From positions 15,185-39,184 of the forward strand of contig JAKFBU010000076.1 in NCBI GenBank assembly GCA_036676985.1: a stretch of DNA of 24,000 nt, in the 5' to 3' direction. Below, in pieces: positions 1 through 8,460 of this stretch; the first letter of the stretch is position 1, and every line of letters starts with the position of its first letter. Origin of the DNA: Candidatus Sericytochromatia bacterium (lineage in GTDB: Bacteria > Cyanobacteriota > Sericytochromatia > S15B-MN24 > UBA4093). The position numbers and the translations under genes were made by a program. The notes under the pieces were generated by a model. That model saw only the letters and a program-made list of their open reading frames with translations. It was not told the origin of the DNA and made no database searches.

Positions 1-167
1 GTCAGGCCGAGGCCTTCATTCTCGACGGAGACGTCACCAAGCGTCTCTTCGCCGAGATCGCTCCTCAGTATCGCGAGCGTTCGGGCGGTTACACGCAGAT
101 CGTCAAGACGGAGCCCCGTCGCGGCGATGGCGCGCCCCAGGCGATCGTGATGCTGGTCGAGGCCTAA
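1..167 (+). CDS. rplQ: 50S ribosomal protein L17, C-terminal fragment (5' end outside window)
   Basis: Reading from position 3 gives [54 protein letters not shown] with TAA at 165-167. The RSGGYT.I and RRGDGA pattern is typical of the L17 C-terminus. It lies directly upstream of truA-rplM-rpsI. Confidence 0.85.
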   Translation, partial: QAEAFILDGDVTKRLFAEIAPQYRERSGGYTQIVKTEPRRGDGAPQAIVMLVEA

Positions 168-185
168 CGCCTCCCGAGGGGTTCC

Positions 186-968
186 GTGCGTAACATCGCC
201 CTGCGCGTCGGTTACGACGGGACCCACTTCGCCGGCTTCCAGCGTCAAGCCACGGACCGCACGGTCCAGGGCGCGCTCGAGGAAGCCCTCACCCGTCTGA
301 CGGGCAACAGCTTGCAAGAGCTGCGGTTCGCGGGCGCGGGGAGGACGGATGCCGGCGTCCACGCAAGTGGGATGGTGGTGAATTTCCGCACCACCAAGGG
401 TTTGGAGGACGAGACGTGGGTGAGGGCGCTCAACGCGCTGACACCCGACGACGTCGCCGTCCTCGGAGCCCGGGAGGTCGATGAGGCCTTCCACAGCCGC
501 TTCTCGGCGACCGCGCGATCGTACCGGTACGTGGTGCTGGCACGGAGGACCCCGGACCCCCTCCGCCGCTTCACGAGCCACTGGGAGCCCCGGCCCATGC
601 CCGAGGTGCCCGCGATGATCGAGGCGTTTGCCGGACTGGTGGGCACGTCCGACTTCACGGCCTTCGGGTCGACGGGGTCGAACGAACGGAGCCCGGTGTG
701 CACGGTACACCGAGCCGAGGCCCGGCTCGAGGACGACATGCTCGTGTTCGAGATCACCGCCCAGAGCTTCCTTTACCACATGGTGCGGCGGCTCGTGGGG
801 ACGGCCTTGGAAGTGGCGAAGGGAAGGTTGGACAAGCGGGAGTTCGCGGCCCTGTACCGCGCGCCCGGCAGCAGTGGGTTCGTCCCGCTGACGGCCCCCG
901 CTCATGGCCTGATCTTTATGAGTGCAACTTATCCCCCGCCTTATGCGGGGTTAAACGGACCCTTTTAG
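186..968 (+). CDS. truA: tRNA pseudouridine(38-40) synthase TruA
   Basis: 260-aa ORF with a GTG start. N-terminus [18 protein letters not shown] and catalytic-Asp motif GRTDAGVHA are TruA hallmarks. High GC3. Conserved position between rplQ and rplM. Confidence 0.9.
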   Translation: MRNIALRVGYDGTHFAGFQRQATDRTVQGALEEALTRLTGNSLQELRFAGAGRTDAGVHASGMVVNFRTTKGLEDETWVRALNALTPDDVAVLGAREVDEAFHSRFSATARSYRYVVLARRTPDPLRRFTSHWEPRPMPEVPAMIEAFAGLVGTSDFTAFGSTGSNERSPVCTVHRAEARLEDDMLVFEITAQSFLYHMVRRLVGTALEVAKGRLDKREFAALYRAPGSSGFVPLTAPAHGLIFMSATYPPPYAGLNGPF

Positions 969-978
969 GAGGAACGAC

Positions 979-1413
979 GTGAAAACCTACATCGCCAAGC
1001 CGGAGGACATCACCCGGCAGTGGTATGTGATCGACGCCGAAGGCCAGACCCTGGGCCGTTTGGCGACCGTCGTCGCCGACCTGCTCCGGGGGAAGGGCAA
1101 GCCCCTCTTCACCCCGAACGTGGACTGCGGCGACTTCGTGATCATCGTCAACGCGGAGAAGATCCAGGTGACCGGCAAGAAGGTCACGGACAAGAAGTAC
1201 ATCCACCACACCATGTGGCCCGGTGGCTATCGTGAGACCACCTTCGAGAAGCTCATCAAGGCTCACCCCGAGCGGGTGATCGAGCACGCGGTGCGCGGCA
1301 TGCTGCCGCACAGCCGTCTCGGCCGCGCCATCTACGGCAAGCTCAAGGTTTACGCCGGTGCGCAGCATCCGCACGCCGCGCAGCAGCCCCAGGCGTTCGA
1401 GCTGAAGAAGTAA
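979..1413 (+). CDS. rplM: 50S ribosomal protein L13
   Basis: 144 aa. [30 protein letters not shown] is the canonical L13 N-terminus. AGGAGG lies 6 nt upstream of the GTG start. Confidence 0.97.
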   Translation: MKTYIAKPEDITRQWYVIDAEGQTLGRLATVVADLLRGKGKPLFTPNVDCGDFVIIVNAEKIQVTGKKVTDKKYIHHTMWPGGYRETTFEKLIKAHPERVIEHAVRGMLPHSRLGRAIYGKLKVYAGAQHPHAAQQPQAFELKK

Positions 1414-1425
1414 GGAGAATCTAGC

Positions 1426-1833
1426 GTGGCAACCAAGACCAAGACTGCCGCTTATTGGGGCACCGGTCGTCGCAAGACGGCGATCGCCCGTGTCCGCCTG
1501 GTGCCCGGCACCGGCACCGTGACCATCAATGAGCGTCCGCTCGACAACTACGTCGGCTACCGCTCGGTCCTCATTCGCGAAGTGGGCCTGCCCCTCGAGG
1601 CGACCAACAACGCGGGCCGCTACGACGTGCACGTGCGCGTCGCGGGCGGCGGGGTGACCTCGCAGGTCGGCGCCATCCGCCTCGGCGTGGCCCGTGCCCT
1701 GCTCAAGGTCGATCCCGAGTACCGCAGCAACCTGCGCGCCGAGGATCTGCTCACCCGCGATCCCCGCGCCAAGGAGCGCAAGAAGTACGGCCGCAAGAAG
1801 GCCCGTAAGCGCTTCCAGTTCTCGAAGCGCTAA
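1426..1833 (+). CDS. rpsI: 30S ribosomal protein S9
   Basis: 135 aa. [14 protein letters not shown] and the C-terminal [17 protein letters not shown] are canonical S9. AAGGAG precedes the GTG start. Confidence 0.97.
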   Translation: MATKTKTAAYWGTGRRKTAIARVRLVPGTGTVTINERPLDNYVGYRSVLIREVGLPLEATNNAGRYDVHVRVAGGGVTSQVGAIRLGVARALLKVDPEYRSNLRAEDLLTRDPRAKERKKYGRKKARKRFQFSKR

Positions 1834-1851
1834 GCGTTTCGATCGCAAGGA

Positions 1852-1880
1852 CCCCTGCCATTCCGGCAGGGGTCTTTTCG
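1852..1880 (+). terminator. Intrinsic terminator after rpsI
   Basis: Stem CCCCTGCC (1852-1859) pairs with GGCAGGGG (1865-1872) around a 5-nt loop, followed by TCTTTTCG. Confidence 0.8.
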
Positions 1881-1947
1881 TGCGCCGATTACGTCAGGTA
1901 CGCTCCGGGTATGCAAGGGAGGGAAATCCTGTCGGGGAGGGAGCGAG

Positions 1948-2736
1948 ATGTCCGAACAGCGGAGCGGGAAGAGCCGGCCGGTCAGCCTGGCCATCAGCCC
2001 CGGCATGCTGCTCGAGTCCGAGGGCGCCCATGAGTACGCGCACGGGGTCCAGGAGCGCCTCGACCACTGCGCCGACTACTACCTGCCCTTCACGCTCGTC
2101 GGCATCTACCTCGACGACGTGCCCATCGGCACGGGCAGCCTGCTCAACACCGACCTGCGCAGCCAGCTCTTCGCCCGCGCCAAGACGCTCATCCAGCGCT
2201 CGGTCCGCTCGACGATCAACGAGCGGCGCAAGATGACGGACGGCCTCTACCGCATCGATCCCCTCTACGTGGTCGCCCTCTGCAACGCGGACCGTACGAA
2301 CCACCTCATCCCCGTGGGCCGGATCATCGAGGCGCTGCGCCAGGCGAGCATGATCAACGAGCTCAACGGCCGCTCGACCTTCCGGCGCCGGATCGTGGTG
2401 GGCACCGTGAGCATGGATCCGCGCCAGGGCATGCGCACCATCCCGGATCTCACCGAGCGCCTGGTCGAGGCGGTCTACAAGGCCATCGAGGCTCCGCACC
2501 CGGATGCCTGCGAGCGCATGCGCATCGGCAAGTCCATGCACGACGAGATCCTCTACCACGACCTCGCGGTGGGCGAGGAGCGGGTGAGCCCGGCGCACGC
2601 CATCCCCCGCTCCGGCACCGCCCCCATCGCCAAGTCCGCCTCCGGGCCCATCTCGAGCCGCGCGGCCGTCCCGGTCCGCAGCGCCTCGGCGGCCAAGGAG
2701 AATGACCCGAAAAAACCCTTCTGGCGCTTCTGGTAG
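1948..2736 (+). CDS. Hypothetical protein with a degenerate GGDEF-like (nucleotidyl-cyclase fold) sequence pattern
   Basis: 262 aa with GGGAGG SD 7 nt upstream of the ATG and high GC3. The segment order resembles a GGDEF domain: PFTLVGIYLDD; then DGLYRIDPLYVVALCN where R.GGDEFavll would sit; then RRIVVGTVSM; then LVEAVYKAIE. The GG(D/E)EF signature itself is absent. The C-terminal tail is low complexity and ends WRFW. Confidence 0.6.
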   Translation: MSEQRSGKSRPVSLAISPGMLLESEGAHEYAHGVQERLDHCADYYLPFTLVGIYLDDVPIGTGSLLNTDLRSQLFARAKTLIQRSVRSTINERRKMTDGLYRIDPLYVVALCNADRTNHLIPVGRIIEALRQASMINELNGRSTFRRRIVVGTVSMDPRQGMRTIPDLTERLVEAVYKAIEAPHPDACERMRIGKSMHDEILYHDLAVGEERVSPAHAIPRSGTAPIAKSASGPISSRAAVPVRSASAAKENDPKKPFWRFW

Positions 2737-2765
2737 CGCCTCGCGCCCCGACCATAGGAGGAACG

Positions 2766-4388
2766 TTGGACCTCAAGCTCCCCGGCACCGTCTTTGCTCT
2801 CTTGTCCCTCACGCTCACCATGGGCGCCGCCAAGGCCCCCGAGCTGCCCACCCATCCCCCCGCCACCCCCGAAGAGACCGCACGCGTCATCGAGGCGTTC
2901 CGGAACGCTGCCGCCCGCTCGCTGAGCGATCGCTCCGGCGACCTCTTCGCCCTTCCCGCCAAGTACTCCTTTGTCACCGAGACGGGGCACATGGTCGTGA
3001 AGAAGGCGCACGTGCGCGGCCAGACCCTCGCCATGATGGGCACCTCCCACGGCACGAGCTGGGAGTACGACACGCACATCCCCATCGTTCTCTGGGGCCC
3101 CGGCTTCATCAAGCCGGGCGTCCGCACGCCCGCTCCGGCCCAGCAGCAGGACCTGGTTCCGACCTTCGCCCAGCTGATGGGCGCGGTGCCCCCGGCGGAT
3201 GCCTACGGCCGGGTCCTCGGTGAGGCCCTCCTGCCCACCCAGAAGCGCCCCAAGGTCATCCTCACGGTCGTCTTCGACCAGGGCGGCGAGGATTACTACC
3301 GGGCGCACCCGGGCGTCACGCCGCGGCTCGATCGCTTCAAGCGCGAAGGCACCTACTTCACCGAGACGCGCATCACCCACGTGGACACCGAGACGGGCAT
3401 CGGCCATGCCGCCATCGGCACCGGAGCCTGGCCGAGCACCACGGGCATCTCGAGCAACAACATCTGGCTGCGCGGCATGGGCGCTCGCCGCTACTCGTTC
3501 GAGGGTGAGCAGGGCTCATCGCCCATCTTCCTGAACAGCCCGACCCTGGGCGATGCCTGGCTGCGCCAGACCGACAACAAGGCGCTCCTGCTCGGCTACT
3601 GCTACGCGGACCGCGCCGCCATCGGCATGGCGGGCCACGGCTCCATGTACCGCGGCAACAAGAAGCCCTGGGTCGTCTTCTACGACGAGAAGAAGGGCGA
3701 GCTCACCACCAACGAGGCCTACTACGAGCTGCCGGCCTACCTGAAGGGCGCAAGCCCCAAGCAGCGCTACGACGAGCTGACGAAGGGCACCGGCCAGTGG
3801 ATGGGCCATGCGATCGACGCCAAGTCGGCGGTCCGCAACACCCCGGCCTACGCGGCCTTCGACGGCGACAACATCGTCAAGCTCATCGAGCAGGAGCCCT
3901 TCGGCGCGGACGACGTCACGGACCTCATGTTCGTGACGCTCAAGTCCACCGACGCCTGCGGCCACGCCTTCGGCCACGAGTCGGACGAGGCGGGCGCGGT
4001 GCTCGCCGAGCAGGACAAGCAGTTCGGCCGGATCCTCGACGCCCTGACGGCCAAGGTCGGCAAGGACAACGTCGTGGTCGCCTTCACGGCGGACCACGGC
4101 AGCGCTCCTCTGGTCGAGCTCACGGGCGGCAAGCGCCTGAGCGATCGCAAGCTCCTCGCGGATCTCAACCGCCAGGTCGACAAGGTCGCCAACGGCGTGA
4201 GCGTCTTCGAGTACGCCTCGGCGACCCAGCTCTTCGTCAACGAGACGGAGCGCCAGCGGAACAAGCTGACCTACCAGGACCTCAAGGCGGCCGTGCTCGC
4301 CTACCAGGTGGACGGCAAGCCGTTCTTCGTCGACGTCTTGACCCGCCCCGAGGCCCTCGAGCGCATCAAGCGCTTCCTGGTTCCCTAG
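2766..4388 (+). CDS. Secreted alkaline-phosphatase-superfamily enzyme, type I phosphodiesterase / nucleotide pyrophosphatase (NPP)-like
   Basis: 540 aa with a TTG start 4 nt after AGGAGG. Signal peptide LLSLTLTMGAAKA. NPP-type motifs: TVVFDQGG (metal Asp); TETGIGHAAIGTGAWPSTTGISSNN, which aligns with T.PNH..I.TG..P..HGI..N (Thr nucleophile); DACGHAFGHESDE (D..GH..G); FTADHGS (DHG). Confidence 0.85.
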   Translation: MDLKLPGTVFALLSLTLTMGAAKAPELPTHPPATPEETARVIEAFRNAAARSLSDRSGDLFALPAKYSFVTETGHMVVKKAHVRGQTLAMMGTSHGTSWEYDTHIPIVLWGPGFIKPGVRTPAPAQQQDLVPTFAQLMGAVPPADAYGRVLGEALLPTQKRPKVILTVVFDQGGEDYYRAHPGVTPRLDRFKREGTYFTETRITHVDTETGIGHAAIGTGAWPSTTGISSNNIWLRGMGARRYSFEGEQGSSPIFLNSPTLGDAWLRQTDNKALLLGYCYADRAAIGMAGHGSMYRGNKKPWVVFYDEKKGELTTNEAYYELPAYLKGASPKQRYDELTKGTGQWMGHAIDAKSAVRNTPAYAAFDGDNIVKLIEQEPFGADDVTDLMFVTLKSTDACGHAFGHESDEAGAVLAEQDKQFGRILDALTAKVGKDNVVVAFTADHGSAPLVELTGGKRLSDRKLLADLNRQVDKVANGVSVFEYASATQLFVNETERQRNKLTYQDLKAAVLAYQVDGKPFFVDVLTRPEALERIKRFLVP

Positions 4389-4402
4389 AATATCTCGCCC
4401 AC

Positions 4403-4438
4403 GTTCCGTACCGCCTACCTGGGTAGGCGGTACGGAAC
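4403..4438 (+). terminator. Perfect 17-bp-arm hairpin after the NPP-like gene (terminator-like, no T tract)
   Basis: GTTCCGTACCGCCTACC (4403-4419) and GGTAGGCGGTACGGAAC (4422-4438) are exact reverse complements. The hairpin starts 15 nt after the stop codon. No U-run follows. Confidence 0.4.
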
Positions 4439-4515
4439 CCGCGTCCTGGTGCGCTCCGACCCACCTCCAGAGGAGGTACAATGGGGCGTCCCCAGCTTGT
4501 TGAAGGAGTTGCCCC

Positions 4516-5682
4516 ATGACCGACCAGATGCGCATCATGCTGCCCGGTCCCACCCCCTGTCCGAGCTCCGCCCTGCGGGAGATGAGCCGGCCGATGATCA
4601 ACCACCGCGGCAAGGAGTTCTCCGCGATGCTGGAGCGCATCACCGAGGACCTGAAGTGGGCCTACCAGACGCGGAATGACGTCCTCATCCTCACGACCTC
4701 GGGCACCGGCGCCATGGAGAGCGCCATCGTCAACATGCTGAGCCCGGGCGATCGCGTCCTCGCCCTCATCTCGGGCGAGTTCGGCAAGCGCTTCGCCAAG
4801 ATCGCCGAGACCTACGGCGCGGTGGTCGACACGGTCGAGGCCGTCTACGGCGAGCCCATCCTGCCCGCCATGGTCGAGGAGAAGCTGCGCGGCGTCACCT
4901 ACAAGGCCGTGCTCTGCACCCACAACGAGACCTCGACCTCGCTGCTCAACCCCATGAAGGAGATCGCGGCCGTCATCCGGCGCGAGTGCCCGGACGCCCT
5001 CATCCTGGTGGACTCGGTCTCGGGCCTGGGCACCGCGCCCTTGGCCGTCGACGAGCTGGACCTGGACGTGGTGCTCGCCGGCGCTCAGAAGGCCTTCATG
5101 ATTCCGCCCGGCCTGGCCTTCGCGGCCGTGAGCCCGCGCGCCTGGGCCGCGCACGCGCAGGCCAAGATGCCCCGCTTCTACTTCGACTACACCAAGGCCC
5201 GTGAGTTCGCCAAGAAGGGGCAGACCCCCTGGACCCCCGCCATCTCGCTGTTCTTCGCCCTCGAAGAGGCGCTCGGCATGCTGAAGAAAGAGGGCCTGGA
5301 CGCCATCTTCGCGCGGCACGAGCTGCTCATGCGCATGATCCGCGCTGGCGCCAAGGCGCTCGGCCTGCGCCTGGTGGTCGAGGACGACACCTACGCCTCG
5401 CGCGCCGTCACGGGCATCTTCCCGCCCGAGGGCATCCACCCCGGCGACCTGCGCAAGGTCATGCAGGACCGCTTCGGCTACGTGGTCGCGGGCGGCCAGG
5501 GTCCGCTCACCGAGAGCATCTTCCGGATCGGGCACTGCGGGTACTACGACGCGGCGGACATGCTGGGCATGCTCTCCGTGCTCGAGGCCTCGCTCTCGAT
5601 CATGGGGGCCAAGATCCAGCCCGGAGCGGCGGTGGCAGCGGCCGAGGCCGTCCTCGCCGAGCGCCAGGCCGTCACCCGCTAG
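4516..5682 (+). CDS. Class-V (AGT/SPT family) pyridoxal-phosphate aminotransferase, probable phosphoserine aminotransferase
   Basis: 388 aa with AAGGAG SD. N-terminus IMLPGPTPCPSSALREMSRPMINHRGKEF is typical of the alanine-glyoxylate/serine-pyruvate aminotransferase ('soluble hydrogenase small subunit') family. Putative PLP lysine in GAQKAFMIPPG. Lies immediately upstream of serA. Confidence 0.8.
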   Translation: MTDQMRIMLPGPTPCPSSALREMSRPMINHRGKEFSAMLERITEDLKWAYQTRNDVLILTTSGTGAMESAIVNMLSPGDRVLALISGEFGKRFAKIAETYGAVVDTVEAVYGEPILPAMVEEKLRGVTYKAVLCTHNETSTSLLNPMKEIAAVIRRECPDALILVDSVSGLGTAPLAVDELDLDVVLAGAQKAFMIPPGLAFAAVSPRAWAAHAQAKMPRFYFDYTKAREFAKKGQTPWTPAISLFFALEEALGMLKKEGLDAIFARHELLMRMIRAGAKALGLRLVVEDDTYASRAVTGIFPPEGIHPGDLRKVMQDRFGYVVAGGQGPLTESIFRIGHCGYYDAADMLGMLSVLEASLSIMGAKIQPGAAVAAAEAVLAERQAVTR

Positions 5683-5707
5683 CGCCCGCGCCTCATAAGG
5701 AGCAACG

Positions 5708-7339
5708 ATGACCTTCACGTCCACCCCCTCCGAGCAGCAGCGCGTGGGCCAGGCGGGCCCCTTCAACGTCCTGGTCCTGGACCGGGTCGATCCGGCGGGC
5801 CTCGCCATCCTGGGGGACATCGCCCAGGTCGATGCCCGGGACGCGGTCGCGCCCGACGAGCTCTTGCGGATCATCGGGAACTACGACGCGCTGATGGTCC
5901 GCTCGGCCACCAAGGTCACCCAGGAGGTGATCGAGGCGGGCACCCGCCTCAAGATCATCGGCCGGGCGGGCGTGGGCGTGGACAACATCGACGTGGGCGC
6001 CGCCACCAAGCGGGGCATCATCGTCGTCAACTCGCCAGAGGGCAACACGGTGGCGGCCGCAGAGCATGCGATCGCCCTCATGTTCGCCCTCGCGCGCCAC
6101 GTGCCCATGGCGGACGCCGCCATGAAGCAAGGCGAGTGGAAGCGCGAGCGCTACACCGGCCACGAGCTCTACCACAAGACGCTCGGCATCATCGGGCTCG
6201 GCAAGATCGGCAGCCGGGTCGCCAAGGTGGCCAATGCCGTCGGCATGCGCGTCCTCGGCTCGGATCCCTTCCTCACGCCCGAGCGGGCGCAGGAGCTGGG
6301 CGTCGAGCCCGTGGACTTCGAGACCTTGATCGCCCAGAGCGACTTCATCACGCTGCACGTGCCCAAGACGGCCGAGACCAGCAAGCTCTTCAACGCCGAG
6401 GTGCTCGCCCGCTGCAAGCAGGGCGTGTGCCTCATCAACTGCGCCCGGGGCGGGGTCATCGACGAGGCGGCCTTGGCGGACGCCATCGAGAGCGGGCATG
6501 TGGCGGGGGCGGCCCTGGACGTCTTCGAGAAGGAGCCCCTGGGCGAGAGCCCGCTGCGGGGCTTGGGCGATCGCATCATCCTCACGCCGCACCTGGGCGC
6601 CTCCACCGAGGAGGCCCAGATCAAGGTGGCCGTGGACGTGGCCGAGCAGATCGTCAGCGTCCTCAAGGGCGAGGGGGCGCGGTCGGCCGTCAACATCCCC
6701 ACCCTGCGTCCCGAGGTGGTGGAGCCGGTGCGGCCCTTCATGGGCCTGGCCGAGAAGCTCGGCAGCCTCGCCTCCCAGCTCCTGGACGGTCCCATCGAGC
6801 GGGTCGAGATCCTCTACCACGGCGGACTGGCGGCGAAGAACGTGGAGCCCCTGACGGTGGCGGCCCTCAAGGGGGCGCTCTCGCACGCGGTGCCGGAGGG
6901 CGTGAACTACGTCAACGCGCCCCTGGTGGCCAAGGAGCGGGGCGTCGAGGTTCGGGAGAGCCGTTCGAGCGAGTCCAAGGACTACGCGGACCTGATCGCG
7001 GTGGCGGTCATCGGCGGCGGTGGCTGGCACACGGTGGCGGGCACGGTCTTCGGCGAGGGCGACCCGCGGGTGGTGCGCATCGACGAGCATGCGTTCAACA
7101 TGAGCCCGGCGGGCGACGTCTTGATCGCGCCGCACCAGGACCGGCCGGGGGCCATCGGCACCATCGGGACGCTCTTGGGCGAGCTCGGGATCAACATCAA
7201 CGGCTTCCAGCTGGGTCGAAAGTACAAGAAGGGCCCTGCGGTGATGGTGCTCAACGTGGACGACGCCATCTCGCCCGAGGCGATCAAGCGCATCTGTGCG
7301 CTGGAGGGGTTCCATGACGTTCGGTTCGTGACGCTCTGA
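5708..7339 (+). CDS. serA: D-3-phosphoglycerate dehydrogenase, long form with C-terminal ASB/ACT region
   Basis: 543 aa. NAD-binding GIIGLGKIGSRVA, 2-hydroxyacid dehydrogenase motifs NCARGGVIDE and LTPHLGAST, and a C-terminal ACT-like segment (VLIAPHQDRPGAIGTIGTLLGELGINI). Confidence 0.93.
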   Translation: MTFTSTPSEQQRVGQAGPFNVLVLDRVDPAGLAILGDIAQVDARDAVAPDELLRIIGNYDALMVRSATKVTQEVIEAGTRLKIIGRAGVGVDNIDVGAATKRGIIVVNSPEGNTVAAAEHAIALMFALARHVPMADAAMKQGEWKRERYTGHELYHKTLGIIGLGKIGSRVAKVANAVGMRVLGSDPFLTPERAQELGVEPVDFETLIAQSDFITLHVPKTAETSKLFNAEVLARCKQGVCLINCARGGVIDEAALADAIESGHVAGAALDVFEKEPLGESPLRGLGDRIILTPHLGASTEEAQIKVAVDVAEQIVSVLKGEGARSAVNIPTLRPEVVEPVRPFMGLAEKLGSLASQLLDGPIERVEILYHGGLAAKNVEPLTVAALKGALSHAVPEGVNYVNAPLVAKERGVEVRESRSSESKDYADLIAVAVIGGGGWHTVAGTVFGEGDPRVVRIDEHAFNMSPAGDVLIAPHQDRPGAIGTIGTLLGELGININGFQLGRKYKKGPAVMVLNVDDAISPEAIKRICALEGFHDVRFVTL

Positions 7340-7477
7340 CCCCCCCTTCCCCCCCTGCTGCGCAAGGGGGGCACAAAGAGCCCGGCTGCGCCGGATTGTC
7401 GCCGCGAATCCCCCTGCAAGGCAGGGGGATTCGCCATGAAAAGCCCCCCTTGCCGAAGGCAGGGGGGGAAGGGGGGG
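7340..7477. repeat. 138-bp composite palindromic intergenic element with 19-bp perfect terminal inverted repeats rich in C7/G7 runs
   Basis: The left arm CCCCCCCTTCCCCCCCTGC (7340-7358) is the exact reverse complement of the right arm GCAGGGGGGGAAGGGGGGG (7459-7477). Internal hairpins: 7404-7417/7421-7434 (14 bp perfect, GCGAATCCCCCTGC) and 7444-7454/7458-7468 (11 bp with one G-T pair). The element fills the gap between convergent serA and the LPP20-like gene. Confidence 0.8.
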
Positions 7478-7496
7478 TGGTAACTCGGTCGGCGCT

Positions 7497-8297
7497 TCAG
7501 AGGATGATGGCGATGGGCAGCTTGCCGTTCTTCAGCGCGTCCTTGACCTTGTTCGCCTCGTCGTCCGCCAGGAGCAGATCCGCCCGGGTCGGGCCGAAGG
7601 CCCGCTTGGCCTTGAGCGACACCGGGCTCTCGCCCACGAAGGGCTTCGCCCCGTCCGGCACGTGGTAGTACGCGATGGGCGCATCCTCCGCCGTGAGCGC
7701 CTTGCCGCCCTGGTCGCGCACGCGGATCCGCAGCGCCGGCTGCGCCCCGGTGCCCCGGGCGTCGATCACGATCCCCGTCGGCTTGCCCTTGATGCTCTCG
7801 GTGGCCGCCGGCGTCGGGCCGAACACCACCCGCGCCAGGCTGGAGGGGCCGGCCAGGGGCAGCTCCAGCGTCACCTCCACCGAGCCGTCCGCCCAGTAGT
7901 GGGTGTCCACCGCGCGCGCCTCGCGCACCAGCTCGTTGATGCCGAGCCGCGTCTGGTCGTCCACGGCCGTCAGGTCCCGGACGAAGGCCGAGCCGTTGAC
8001 CCGCAGCTGATCCAGGCTCTCCGAGAGCCGTCGGTAGCCGTCGGCAAACGCGGTCCGCTTGGCCATCAGGCGGCGCTGGGTGAGCGTGCCGCGCTCGGGC
8101 GCCATGCCGATGCCCTTGATGCGGAGCACGAACCGGCTCCAGTCGATGGAGAGCCCGTCGTCGTCCTTCTCGATGAGCGCGTTGCCCGCCACTTCCAGCG
8201 AGGTCGTCGCCGCCGCACTGGCCGTCGCTTCCGCCGCATGGACGGGGCTCGAGATCAGCAGGGACAGGGCGAACAAGGGCGCGATCAAACGAAACAT
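7497..8297 (-). CDS. Secreted protein with LPP20-like N-terminal domain
   Basis: Start placed at ATG 8297 (GGAGA 8 nt upstream), giving 266 aa. Signal peptide MFRLIAPLFALSLLISSPVHA/AE. The segment IKGIGMAPERGTLTQRRLMAKRTAFADGYRRLSESL resembles the LPP20 lipoprotein family pattern. The ORF-track start at 8348 has no SD. Confidence 0.7.
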   Translation of the reverse strand: MFRLIAPLFALSLLISSPVHAAEATASAAATTSLEVAGNALIEKDDDGLSIDWSRFVLRIKGIGMAPERGTLTQRRLMAKRTAFADGYRRLSESLDQLRVNGSAFVRDLTAVDDQTRLGINELVREARAVDTHYWADGSVEVTLELPLAGPSSLARVVFGPTPAATESIKGKPTGIVIDARGTGAQPALRIRVRDQGGKALTAEDAPIAYYHVPDGAKPFVGESPVSLKAKRAFGPTRADLLLADDEANKVKDALKNGKLPIAIIL

Positions 8298-8460
8298 AGG
8301 CGAAATCTCCTTCCGGGGCGCCTCTTTTATACCACGTTCGGACGTCATTCTGACGCCGGGAGCGGCCTGACCATCATCCCGGGCCGCGGGCGTTTTTCCT
8401 TGCCTGGACAGGCGGGGGAGCCCCTGCTAGGATGAGCACCCAACTGAAGGAGGTGCTCGC

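Noticed and set aside
916-1848. Long antisense or alternative-frame ORFs throughout the ORF track. Examples: 916..1848 (-), 1894..2598 (-), 2553..3407 (-), 3516..4643 (-), 4366..5874 (-), 5693..7315 (-), 8801..9913 (-), 10130..11116 (+), 12972..14462 (+), 14877..15995 (-), 16023..17171 (-), 19494..21248 (-), 21425..22177 (-).
   Set aside because: Each lies opposite to, or out of frame with, a gene carrying clear family signatures. Their translations are Arg/Gly/Ala/Pro/His-rich and low complexity, they lack SD sequences, and stop-free frames are expected in about 67% GC DNA.
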